Source of the DNA: Catajapyx aquilonaris
Taxonomy: Eukaryota
Reading direction: 5' to 3'
Assembly (NCBI GenBank): GCA_000934665.2
Contig: KZ538739.1
Location: forward strand, 1-50,087
DNA length: 50,087 nt
In this document: positions 28,901-41,620 of the stretch, piece by piece
How positions within the stretch are numbered: the first letter of the stretch is position 1
Layout of the letters: the number at the start of each line of letters is the position of its first letter
The notes under the pieces: generated by a model
What the model saw: only the letters and a program-made list of their open reading frames with translations
Databases searched by the model: none
What the model was told of the DNA's origin: nothing
Made by a program: the position numbers and the translations under genes

Positions 28901-30229
28901 GATCACTGTGTAGGGGTCATTTAGGTGTATACGGTACTGTATATTATACATGTCTTATTTTGACTATTTGAAATCAAGTTAACTCACCATGCATTACATC
29001 AACACCAAACTAACGTAAGAAGCAATGCTGAACGCCCAATTTTGAAAGTTTTTCATCGTGTTTGAGAGCAAACTATTGGCTACTTCGTAGATAAACTCTC
29101 AAATCCGTGACGAAACTGTAAGGGCAATGGTCACTTGACATCTCTTCTAGACGTAATTGCGACATTCATCCCCATGTGAATAATAAAATCTATCCTGATA
29201 GACAGCTAACGATTCTTATCACTCTCTATTGATGAGGACTGTAATCAGCAGGATCAGTCAAACAGCTGATGATGATATCAGCAATTTAATTGCCGTATTA
29301 TTGCATGACGCCTGCCTAGCTGTAATGACAAGTTTTGTCATTTTTGGGTGGCAGAAATAGGTCAAGGATTTGACTATCAGGAATTTGATGGTCGACCATT
29401 TACATCCCAGATTAACCTGACTGATTGCATACTCTGCTAATGTAAGTGTAGCGTACAGTGTCTCCTCCTCATCCATGACTAACCCTGCACCCGCAGGCTA
29501 CACGTGCTCCGCGGTGCACATCCTCGATGGACGTACTACAGTATATCATTTTATCACATAATTCCCATAGCGAACTATAATTAAAATGCATATCAAGTAC
29601 GATATTTTTTGCATGTGTAAGTGTAGGCTACTCCAGGGGATTAAAGCGCTCAGTTGAAAAAGCCTTTTACCTTTTACTTGAAAAGTATTGTCACCCCTAT
29701 TTAAAAAACGATTAACTAATTAGCTGCTATTATCTCCTAATATTAGGCCGAATGTCAATTGTACCGATGCACACCGAATAACCAGGTTGGTTGATTAGGA
29801 AGCAGCCAAAGCAACAACTGCTGGCTATTAGAAGATGCAAATGTGGGACAGATGGAAAGAGAAACGAAGAGGAAAAAGACTGGGTTTTTAAATTTACACC
29901 TTAGACTGGAATATATCAAATGTTGACTGTCATAACGACATAATAAGTATGTAAAGTGTAAACAATTTTTTTACATAATTCATTATGCAAAAATACACAA
30001 CCATGCAATAACAGGATAAGAAACTACGGCACATTTAAAAATGTGGTTTACAGCAATAACAACAAAACAATAAATAATATGACACCTATGGAGGGCAGAT
30101 TTACATAAATAACAAACAGGCGAAGCTAGATCTGCCTCATATATTCCAGTGACGTGTTCGTCGATATAGGCATCTAGTCTGTCTCCTACAGGTCTCCTAC
30201 CCCTCCCCACCGCGACAAGGTGGAGATAC

Positions 30230-31030
30230 CTTCCGGGGACACCGAATGACCCGAATCCTCCGGAAACCTCTCTCGAGATATCTTTCGATCATCACAGATC
30301 ATGGCAGGCCACATATTTTATCCGAATGTTGTTTCCGCCATGCCCTTTGCACCGCAGCCCCCCCTCCAGACATCCACCATCCCTCGGAATGCTCCCTGGA
30401 GTGGTTCCCACATCGCAATCAATTAGACGCCGCCGTCGTCGTCGAGACGCACCGCCGCCACCGTATCCTCACTACCGTATCTGGCTGACTCCCCCCTCCA
30501 GCCTGCCCACCCCCTCAGCCTCCCGACACGAAATCTGGCAACGTGGCATCCCATAATTCCATGCGCGGCTCCAAGATGGCTGATTGGTCGCAGCCGCTCT
30601 AGTGTCCGCTCGGTCGTCGAACAGGGAAGAGGACGGCTCTCCCCTTTCGCCCTCTCTTCGCACTACTCGGACCCCCTCGCACGCACTCCCGTCTCCGTTG
30701 GAACATGACAAGTGCGGGCCCGTGCCTGGAGCTGTGGTTGTGAATCCGCGCAGAGGGGGACGGCAACGGAAGGGGGAGAAGAAGGCAAGGGGCGAAGAGC
30801 GGGCCACTGCTCTGCTGCCAGGCGCCATCTTGGGAGTGCTGTTGCCTTGTAGACGGTGGGAGTGGAACACGGGGGTGCGGAAAGGGGGGGCCGAACCGGG
30901 GGCGGATGAGGCCTGTTTGACACCAGGGACCCAGGGGCAGGCCCGCGTCGACTGGACTGGACTGGCTGGACCAGAAGAGGGTAATTAGCGAAGGAAGGAA
31001 GGGTGCATGTCACTGGGTGGGGAGGGTGCA
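30230..31030. promoter_or_regulatory. CpG/GC-rich probable bidirectional promoter upstream of Khc
   Basis: Island of high GC and CpG in AT-rich surroundings. Divergent YY1/Pho-type motifs CCAAGATGGC (30571-30580) and GCCATCTTGG (30824-30833), ATTGG box near 30583, C-rich left half and G-rich right half. Candidate splice donors on both flanks: + strand G|GTAATT at 30981, - strand AAG|GTATCT at 30229. Confidence 0.65.
30824..30980 (+). other. Probable non-coding first exon (5'UTR) of Khc; 5' boundary approximate
   Basis: The Khc ATG exon is preceded by a clean acceptor (ctgactttcag| at 35221), so an upstream exon is expected. The nearest promoter-like island ends in GAGG|GTAATT at 30980/30981. 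Confidence 0.5.
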
Positions 31031-31398
31031 TTCTAAGAACCAGCTAGTGACTTGACATTGCTCATGTTCGGTGCATCACTAGTATCGGAATGAGCAGTGC
31101 AGTCGTCGGGAAAGTCATGGCGTGTTCTGATGACAAAAATCGCACGTAATGGGGGAGAGGGTGAGTCACAGGACAACTGTCTTCAACGTGTCATTCCACC
31201 GTTTGTATTATGGAGCAATGCTTATCGGAGCGACTTGGCATAAGGTTGTGATGTTCCTTGGAAGTGACTCGCACCTTTTAATTGCTATATCTTATCGTAG
31301 GTGCTCTTTTGCTTATATCTGTGCTGATAAAATTATCTGTCAACTAGGTTGCAATGTTACACAGACAAGTGATAATGATATAAATGATAATGATGATA

Positions 31399-31722
31399 CA
31401 ATCCGTCACCCACAGGACTGGGGCATGGTCGGAACACAAAAAAAGGTCGGATAATCCGAGGAGTAATGAAAACTTTAATGAAACATAACGAATTACATCA
31501 AAAAACATGAAATAACGTACAACATTATGGTTTTCTAAGAAATAGTGAAGTAGGCCTATTTATCTTTTGCATGCACACACTACTGTACTGTATTTACAAT
31601 TTAACTGAGACGAAACAACAAATGCGTAGTACATTACAGTATTTCATAAGAAAACATAGCTTTATTGCCGGATCGGGACGGTCGGATAAACAGAGGAGTC
31701 AGATAATTGGGGTTCTACTGTA
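31399..31722. mobile_element. Truncated pogo/Tigger-like MITE (one terminal inverted repeat)
   Basis: Ends ...cagataattggggttctactg|TA (reverse complement CAGTAGAACCCCAATTATCTG), typical of pogo/Tigger-type TIRs. Subterminal gtcggataa repeats at 31446 and 31681. No matching left TIR seen. Confidence 0.5.
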
Positions 31723-31739
31723 ATTATATCATCCATGAT

Positions 31740-32064
31740 GGGAAGGCGAAGTGGCGCTGCTGTAACGTATACGCCCACGGATGGAAGGGTCCCAGGTTCA
31801 ATACCAAGCCCAGGCATTCCCCCCTTTCATCTCGTGCAGAGTTTGGGGTCATCTCTAGGGTCTTCGTCTAGGGTGGGATTTACGATGTACGAACCACCCG
31901 GGGGAGCTCACAAAATGACCATTGCAACAACATTACATTGCACATCCCCTCCCAGTCACCCTGCCCTCGGACCAGGGCTCTTCGTTGTCCAAATTAATGT
32001 ACATCTGGGCAAGTAAAGGCCCTTGTCAAAACCTGCAGCTTAGGTATGGCACTATACCCAATTG
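31740..32064 (+). mobile_element. tRNA-derived SINE with 13-bp target-site duplication
   Basis: A-box-like TGGCGCTGCTG and B-box GGTTCAATACC at the 5' end. Flanked by exact direct repeats tatcatccatgat at 31727-31739 and 32065-32077. Confidence 0.8.
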
Positions 32065-35000
32065 TATCATCCATGATAATACACTGATAATTCGTGCTAA
32101 TGAATGTATGGGTGTCACTGGATAATCAGAAAACATGGATTAACCGAAACTGGACCTAGATAATGTAAAAACGAACTATTCACAGGTTATGTATTACTGT
32201 ACATAGTGTATGCTGCGTTAAATAAGGTTTAATGAAAATAATAAAAGTTACCTTAGATTTTTAATTTATCTTCTGGAAAAAGTGTAATATTTCTTTGTTT
32301 GCGAGACATAATTTTTCCTAACTTTATTCTTTGCCGATGCTGAAAATTTGAAAACCGGACATGGGGTGAAAAATGAGTGGAGGGGGCATGAGATAGACCA
32401 AGCTGGCCAAAAGTTGGGCGTGGATGTCACAAATTCAGTGTGAAAAATGTGTACAGACTCGGGAACACCAATTCCAAAACATGCTAATGCACTTAAGTGC
32501 TTTTCCTAAATTAGGATTGTTTGATGTGGGGAAAACTTGTCTATTACAGAAATCTTTTGAAAAACTGCGAAATTCTGCTACATAATTATGGATGCTTTAT
32601 AAACCTCAACTTGCTGTCAAGTCCAAAACTTTTCACTAATCAACCCACTACAGCTAGACTTTTCAGATACTGTAACATTTCTTTAATTTTTTTTCTCCGA
32701 ATTGATCTGTAGACTTTATTATTTCACAAGGTTCATTTTTATTGACCCGAACCAAGAACTGGAAAGTTCTGATAGGATCAGACTGTAAAATGACAGCCAA
32801 GACTTTCTGTAAGTTCATGTGATAAATTGTCAACACCACAATAATTACCAATTATCATCAATTATTGGCTGTGCACACAGATTTGTATGGAAGTATGGGA
32901 ATGTTTGTGTCTGCTAAGGGACACTTGAGATATGGGAATGAAAAAGCCACCTTCGAATACATAATTCTTTTGGTCTTGACTCTTGAGGATGAGAAAGGTA
33001 CAATTCCTGGAATTGTGTCCTTTCCAAAATACCATGTGTCCAGCAAGAGACAAAGTAATTGGGGTGTGCCTGACGTTTCAGCCCAAAGAAAGCAAACAAG
33101 GTGTCAGAAACCGTGATTGATATAGGCAGAATGTATAGAAGACATGGAAATTGTCTCAAGCAATTTACGGAAAGGAAATCCATTAATGCGTGGCAGGCTG
33201 GCCATATTGATTGATATTCTTGCATGCAGATATACTTTTTATGACATGGTGTGAAATTGGTGAGGGTTATCAACCCTAACTGATGCCTTAAAATTGCAAG
33301 GTACCAAGGATGTAGTGACATTGTCATTTGAATGTGTTGAATATTAAATAATATTTCTGGGAAAAAAAGATGTGGAAAATCATCTAAATTGATCATTATT
33401 TTGAAGTATCGGTACTTCTGATCCAAACTGTAAGTTCAGTATGTGTTAAGGAATTGCATAGTTTTGAGGTGCAAAATTGCTCCACTACTTTTGCAAGGCA
33501 GGAAATATGATTTCGTAATATTTATTGCTAATTTTATTACTGTCATGTGGGAAGGTTTTTTTTGTTGCTTACACTGGAATAACATATCACTGGCATGCCT
33601 TTCATGTTAGTCACACAGCACAACTATGCTGATTGACGGGAACTCTGGGATCTGGGCATGAAATTGGAGGAGGTTCAAAGTTGGTTGTTTACGGTTCTCT
33701 TGGGAGACAGGCTGTGGTTTTAAAATAATAAAATCACCTCAGTTAAGGTCATGGAGGCCATCTGATGACCCTGATTTATTGGGAATGAACATGAGATAGT
33801 CATTCTGCCTAGCAAGTCTTGCATTGTAATAATTTTTTTGTTACAAAACAATGAAAGGGCATGTCTATTTTAATTAGTGTAACTTGCCACCATTCACATA
33901 AGTTGCATTCTTTATGAAGGTTACATGTAGTATAATGATGCATCACTCTGACCCTCACCTTGTTTTGTGGCATGTTAATTTCCATCAAAATAGTGTTGAC
34001 GTCAATGCTGTGCTTTTATCTCCAGCAAATTCTCGAAACAGGATTAAGGCACGACTGTGTTTTCAATGGGAGAAACTACCGCACCCCTGCCTAATTGTCA
34101 CTTCGTTCAACTTAACTCATCAATCATGCAGGAGATTAGTTTGGGAGAACCCCTAGGTGCCTGAAAAGGAACATGCTGAGCATCCATTATTGATGTTGGG
34201 AAGTGGGAAAGAAAATACTGCAATTAGCTGTATCTTACAAGCAACATCTAAAAATATCTAGGTTGCTATGGAATTTCCGTGCTCTGTTGCAAGGCCTGAA
34301 GGGGGATTGAGATTGACTCAACTGTATTTCTGGATGGGGGCCCATGTGGCAAAAGTCAGTGATTGCTCATTATAAGGCTCTTTGTCACACTGGATACACT
34401 TAATTTCTCTTTGGTCAATAGAACAAGTAACTTAAGAAATGGTGGGAAACTGTCCTTGATCCTAGCTCTGTTGAGAAGTTTTTAAAGGACAAAATGAGGA
34501 TGAGATTACTACCATTTTGGTTGTATGTTTTTATGGGGCAGATGTCATTTGAAGCATGCAGTCCACTTTGTTGTCATGCACGTTATCAGTGATGAGTCAC
34601 GGTGGGTGACATATTGATTTGTCCTACATGTTTGTGCAGGAGCTTGGGTCAGTGGTAATTTTATTCTTATTTTCCACCTCAGCATTGATTTTTTTCGTGC
34701 AGTGCAGGGTAAAGAACTCGGATAATGAACAGTAAGGAAGTTGCTTCTCCCCACATTAAATTATGTCAGTTTTCTGGGAACGCAGGAGATTTACTTGGGT
34801 CTGCCTGGGCTTTAAGTTTGTAATTACTATACCACACGCTATTAGCCTACCATTCTTGTGTTGGCATATTTATTTTATCAATGTGTGCAGGTTTCTTTAA
34901 TTATGTAGTAGTTAAAAAAGAAGTGATGGAATGTTGCACATTTCTGGGTGTTAATGTTGATTTATGTAGTATTATTTGGGCAACCTAATTTGGAGGAGGA

Positions 35001-35259
35001 AAGCTCCCGGGGGGTGTCATGTGAAATAGGGGAGAACAGTTTAACTTCCGGTGGAGTTTGCACCTGTGCACTGACACGGAAAAGGGATTGCTTGGAAAAA
35101 GATCTGGTTTTCACGTCACCTCCACCTGCTGTTTTCAGATTAAAAGTTAATTCTCTTAAGGCTTCAGATTGTTTGGGCAGGTACAATTTGTGTCATGTAA
35201 TTTCTCTCCTCTGACTTTCAGATATTTGTCATTGACCAGTGAACCAAGCCAACCTGAAA

Positions 35260-38200
35260 ATGTCGGCTGAAAGGGAAGTTCCAGCAGAAGACAGCATCAA
35301 AGTGGTGTGCAGATTCCGGCCACTGAATGACACGGAGGAAAGGGCTGGATCCAAGTTTATAGTGAAGTTTCCGTCTGGAGGTGAAGACAACTGTGTCTCA
35401 ATCGGGGTGAGTCACCGTTATTACCTCACTGCATAAGTTGCCAGTCTGGGTTAGAATTAGGTCAATGTACCTGTGGGCATTGATTTAATGAATATTTCCT
35501 TCTGCCATATAGGGAAAGGTTTATGTGTTTGATAAAGTCTTCAAGCCAAATGCAACTCAAGAGAAGGTATACAGCGAAGCTGCAAAATCTATTGTTAAAG
35601 GTGAGTGTGTGTGAAGTGTTATTTTCACTGCGTTGGATGCAGTTTGTTAAGTTTAAGTATTTGTATGGAATAAAAATGGCACTGATTGGTTTTTTAAATG
35701 TCAGATGTCCTCTGCGGGTACAATGGGACAATATTTGCATATGGACAGACCTCCTCCGGGAAGACACATACAATGGAAGGAGTCATAGGTGATGGTGGCA
35801 AGTCAGGAATCATCCCTCGCATTGTCAACGACATATTCAATCACATCTATGGCATGGAAGAAAACCTCGAATTCCACATTAAGGTGTCTTACTTTGAGAT
35901 TTACATGGACAAGATCAGGGATTTGCTGGATGGTTAGTCACTTTCCCATGCGCTTAGCAGAATAGTTTTGCAAGTGTTGCGACCTATTTTTCTCTCTCCA
36001 CAGTGTCAAAGGTGAACTTAAGTGTCCATGAAGACAAAAATCGTGTCCCATTTGTGAAGGGGGCCACTGAAAGATTTGTTTCAAGCCCTGAAGAAGTTTT
36101 CGAAGTAATTGAAGAAGGAAAGGCCAATCGACATATTGCAGTAACAAGTAAGTGACATTTACGCTGATTTCCCTTTAGTGTTGAATAAATAACCTCTGAA
36201 ATTATTTGGAGGGCTAGGCGTATAGGATTTTGCAGAACGCGGATTTATTGTGTCTTTCTTTCAGACATGAATGAGCACAGTTCAAGAAGCCACAGTGTTT
36301 TTCTTATCAACGTCAAGCAAGAAAATCTTGAGAATCAGAAGAAGCTCTCTGGGAAATTATATCTGGTGGATTTGGCTGGCAGTGAGAAGGTCAGTGACTT
36401 TTTTTATTGCTTGTGCTATGGTCAAGGCTTCAATATTTGATTGGGCTAGTAATTTGCAGGATAGGTAATTTACAATAAAGAGTGACTGATCGAGTGGAAT
36501 GAAGCAGAATTGATAACATAAAACCCATAACGCTTGAGCATTGTGCGTTTTTAATAAAAACAGGCTTTAGCAAGTTAGCATGTTTTAGAGATGAGTGAAT
36601 GTGTAACGTCAAGTATAAGTGGAAGAGCTCTGATGCTTTTTGGGAAGCACATTAGTGTGTGAAAATGAGATTAATTCTATCTTACCAAAAATATTTTGGT
36701 ATCGAGGGCAATCAGCACATTCGATGATGTGAAAGTAGCTTTTCCTTAACAATAATTCTTTTTTTACTCCAACTTATTAATTTTGAAGCAATAGCAATAG
36801 ATGTGTTGGATGTGACATCTCGTGCATCTGCCTTGTACTTGTAGGTCAGCAAAACTGGTGCAGAAGGTACTGTCCTGGATGAAGCAAAGAACATCAACAA
36901 GTCACTCTCTGCACTTGGAAATGTGATATCAGCATTGGCAGATGGCAACAAGACCCATATCCCATACCGTGATTCGAAGCTCACCCGTATCCTGCAGGAG
37001 TCACTGGGAGGCAATGCTCGCACCACCATCATCATTTGCTGCTCCCCAGCCTCATTTAATGAAAGTGAGACTAAGTCAACTCTGGAGTTTGGCAAACGAG
37101 CAAAGACCATCAAGAATGTTGTGACAGTCAACGAGGAGCTGACAGCTGAGGAATGGAAGCGACGTTACGAGAGAGAGAAGGAGAAGGTGGCTCGACTGAA
37201 GGGCAAGCTGGAGAAGGCTGAGTTGGAACTGCAGAGGTGGCGGGCTGGAGATAAGGTTCGTTCCATATCTTTAATCATGACAATTATCTGCCTTGCAAGT
37301 TGAGTATTTTTATCTGCAATATGTATGGTTGTCATTTTTGAAATTATCATTGGTATTTTATGCACCTTTTGGAAGTCTAATTACATATCTGATTTCTCTC
37401 TCTCGATATTTATTGCTTAATATTTCACAAGTCAACTTAAATATTTCTTGGACACAGAACCAGTTTAGGCAAAATATTAGGAGAAAAGTACAAAGTGGCT
37501 TCAAGGTGTGAAGTAATTGAGGCTGGAAAATTTACATTTGTATAGTCTACTTTATTCTATTAATACCAAAGATAATTTGTGTCATGCATTCTTGGACTGA
37601 TTGATAGTTGAACCCAAATCTTGCACCTGTCTGCATCCCTCATCTCCAACCCAGGCAATACTCAAGAAGTTGGGCCTTGACAGTGGGACTCTGGCCAATA
37701 CCTCCCTGTTCCACTTGCTCCACTCTGACCCAATTCCTATGGACACAGCAGGGTTTTCAGGCCTCTCGTCTACCCAGCCAGGCAGACAAGTGGCTGCTTG
37801 CCAAGTGGTTTGTCCCATCTCCTGTCTTACCATTGAATCCCAACTATTTTTATCCCATGAAGGATTATTTTTATATATAAGAATCCCATTCATTTGCCAT
37901 GTGATTGTTAAGGTAGCCCATAGGGTTGGATGTAAGAAGCCCAGAAGTTAGTAAATGATAAAGGTTGATGTGATTTTTTTTTTTAAATTAGCTTTGGCAA
38001 GATGTAATCATTACATCAGTTGGTTAGATCATATAAATTTTGAGCTATCTGGTTTTTGACAACTCCTGAGTACGATGTTTTTACAATGCAGGTGGGCGTT
38101 GAGGAGCAGGTCAACCTCCGTGAACCTCTGGATGCAGCAACTCCTGTGGCCATGACTGAATCAGTCATATCCAACCCACCGGAGATCATTGTAGAGGTGG

Positions 38201-41200
38201 GCCCCATGCCAGCCACTCCTTCAGGAGGTGGAGTGATGCTAGGCTCTCTGACCAACGAGGAGCGCCAGAAATTGGAAGAGGAAAGAGAGCGCCTCTACAA
38301 GCAGCTTGATGACAAGGATGAGGAGATCAACCAACAATCCCAACTTGTGGAGAAACTGAAGGAGCAGATGATGGAGCAGGAGGAGCTTATCTCTGGGACT
38401 CGCCGAGATTACGAGACACTGCAGCAAGAGATGAACCGGATCCAGCAGGAAAATGAGTCCGCCAAAGAGGAGGTCAAGGAGGTTCTCCAAGCCCTGGAAG
38501 AGTTAGCTGTCAATTATGACCAGAAGTCACAGGAGGTTGAGAACAAGAACAAGGAGTATGAGACACTTAACGAGGAGCTCACGCAAAAGCAGGTTGGTTG
38601 GTTTTCATGAGAATGAAATGTGCAAGTTCATATCAAATTTGGTGATGAGCTAAGCTGATACATAGCATAGTTCTTTGTTGGTGAGAAATGGTTACATATT
38701 CTCAATGTTTCTAGTCCCTTCTGAACACAACATCATCTGAGCTGCAACAACTGAAGGACATGTCAGCACACCAAAGGAAGCGTGTGACCGAGATGCTGAC
38801 CAGTCTGCTGAAGGATTTGGGAGAGATTGGAGTGGCCATTGGTGGAAACAACAGCGACGTGAGGACCTATATTATTATCCCATTCCTTTGGCAACCGTCT
38901 CACATGCAGCCAAATTCTCTTTTACAGCAAATTGGAGAGACCAATGGGAAGATTGAGGAAGAGTTTACAGTGGCTCGTCTATACATCTCCAAGATGAAGT
39001 CGGAGGTCAAGAACCTAGTTCAGCGATGCCAGTCTCTTGAGACATTCCAGAGTGATTGCAACAAGAAGGTAAGGAGACTTACTCCAACATTCTTGGTTAT
39101 TTGAAGCAGTGTGTAACGCCCGATTATTGGTTTGTCCTTGCACCACACGAAGGTTACGCGAGCCAAAAGTCACACGGTACAATTAAATTTATTTGGTCTC
39201 CCCCGATGTTGGAGGAGTCCTTGTGGGATATTAATTGTTTCAAATTTTGTTCCAGATCGACCAATATGAAAAAGACCTGGCAGAGTGCAGGCTTCTGATC
39301 TCACAGCATGAGGCAAAGATGAGGTCTCTGCAGGAGTCCATGAAGGAGGTGGAGAACAAGAAGCGAAAGCTGGAGGAGGATTTGGATTCTCTTCACGAGG
39401 AGTGCGCCAAGCTTAAGGCTGCTGGTGAGTTGTCCTTTGCATTGTAAATATTTGGGATTCTGCAATGTAAATTTCTGGAGAGACATGGTGACTTTTAAGT
39501 GGCATGGGTATACATCATTGTTATGTATGTGGCCAAAAAAGGGAATTCATGATTTATCACTGCTATTTTGAAGTAACTTCATTGATCATTTCATACTAGA
39601 TAAACATGTCTTGTTCTCTTTTAATTCTGTGACGCAGAGCAAGTGCAGACAATGGCTTCAAAGGAGAAGGCAGTGGAGCAGCAGCAAGCAGCCAAGATGA
39701 AGGTGGCTCTGGAGCAGCAACTGGACCAGCACAGAGATGCCCATCAAAAGCAGGTGGCTGCCCTCAGGGATGAAATCACCGCGAAACATGCCCTTATTGA
39801 TGAACTCAAGGAGTGAGTTACACTCGATTCAACTCTTCCTAAGAAATCTCAACTTTTCCATTCTAATTGTAATAATTGACTATTGCAGCATGAACCAGAA
39901 GCTGTCCCTTGCGCAGCAGCAGATGCAGGTTGACTATGTGAAACTGAAGAATGACGAACAGGACAAGAGCCAGAAGCTGCAGGAACTGCTGTGAGTACCT
40001 GATGCTTTCTGGCACATTTGCCATATAACTGTACCTGAAATCTCTCTTGCAGTTTGATGAATGAGCGTCGTGAGCAGGCACGCAAGGACCTGAAGGGCCT
40101 GGAGGAGACCGTAGCCAAGGAGCTCCAGACCTTGCATAATCTTAGGAAACTCTTCATACAGGATTTGCAGTCACGCATGAAGAAGGTATGTCTTGACTGT
40201 TGTGCCGGTGTTAGCCAAGCTCAAGTTGTGCCCTTTTCAAATTAATGTTGCACCTATATCGATTTATGTCAGTGTACATCATTGGTGTACTTTCTTTGAA
40301 ATATGGCAGTCATCATTTTTTTTTTTAAATTTAAATTTTGCATAGTTCATCACTGCCAGCACAGAAAGCTTAGGGTAGTGTTGTGGCTTCATTTGATAAA
40401 ATTCTCCACCCATTTTCTTCTCCAGTCTGTAAACATGGAAGAGAGTGAGGATGCCGGAGGTTCCCTGGCCCAAAAGCAGAAAATCAGTTTCTTGGAGAAC
40501 AACCTGGACCAGTTGACCAAGGTGCATAAGCAGCTTGTGAGGGACAATGCAGATCTTCGCTGTGAGCTCCCTAAGCTGGAGAAGAGGCTGAGGGCTACCA
40601 TGGAGAGAGTAAAGGCATTAGAAACTGCTCTCAAAGAGGCCAAGGAAGGAGCCATGAGAGACAGGAAGCGTTATCAGTTTGAGGTGGATCGCATCAAGGA
40701 GGCTGTGAGACAGAAGAACCTAGCGCGCAGGGGTCATGCTGCTCAGATTGGTGCGTATAGATCAGAGTGATTTCATATGTAAGATATACTAAGCAATCTG
40801 TCATTTGCGATATGATTTTTAAAACATGGACAGTTAGTGTTTATGAAGTCACCTGGATCAAATGCTAGAATAATCACAAATTTTCTCTCATGCTATGCAG
40901 CCAAGCCAATCCGAGCTGGTCAACATCACCCATACATGGGCAGTGCAATTGGAATTCGTACTGGGGGAAGCAACCCAGTGGCAGTAGTGAGTGGGGGAAT
41001 GACGAAGAGCATCAACGAGGAGAAGAGAAGGAGCATGTCAGGGATGCCTATTGCTAGGGGTGAGTTTCGTTGTTGTCCCATTTTTACCCAACTGTTACCT
41101 TCCACATCCTCTTTTCCTCACAGCCATGGCAACTATTATGCCTGCATTGGATGCCACGCCGTACTTACCTCCTTGATCCCACAACCTCTGTCAATCCTGG

Positions 41201-41620
41201 ATTCCAACACAAAGAAGGTTTAGGCTGACATTCTTCTAGAAAGTGTAGCTGATAAACTGAACTGTTGCAGCAATGATGCGTCATTGAAGCAAGGCCTCCA
41301 GTGCAACCAAGGCTTGAATGGGCTGGAGATTGTTTGCTCAGTTTCTTAAGAATAATTGCTGTTTGTGTATCAGAGGATTATTTCTGTAATTAAGTGAATT
41401 GTGAAAGGAAATTTCTGGATTAGATACAGGTGATGGAATGTCGCAGTGTGTTTACTGAGTATATTCCAGGTTGCAATAGGTATTATTACTCCAGTCCTAA
41501 AGTGAAGCCTAAATCTTTTTTCACTGTAATCTTTGCCATTATATTGTAACAAGTTTTACAGAACTGGTAGATTAATAATTTTCATCGCCTCTTTTATTTT
41601 CAGAGGGCGGTGAAAGTTGA
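35260..41620 (+). CDS. Khc: Kinesin-1 heavy chain. Coding exons 35260-35406, 35513-35600, 35705-35932, 36004-36147, 36265-36389, 36845-37255, 38092-38592, 38715-38858, 38928-39068, 39256-39424, 39638-39812, 39889-39990, 40053-40185, 40426-40750, 40901-41059, 41604-41620; about 1000 aa
   Basis: All exons join in frame at GT..AG. Motor motifs KVVCRFRP, P-loop GQTSSGKT, switch I NEHSSRSH, switch [10 protein letters not shown] and [20 protein letters not shown]. Neck [12 protein letters not shown], long coiled-coil stalk, [23 protein letters not shown] and autoinhibitory QIAKPIR tail. The final exon is ambiguous (see findings). Confidence 0.97.

Noticed and set aside
30246..31031. Overlapping 76-134 aa ORFs in the GC-rich island
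   Set aside because: Expected from high GC content; low-complexity translations with no recognisable domain
36712..40655. Minus-strand ORFs opposite Khc (36712-37131, 38016-38255, 39849-40178, 40389-40655)
   Set aside because: Antisense shadows of Khc coding exons
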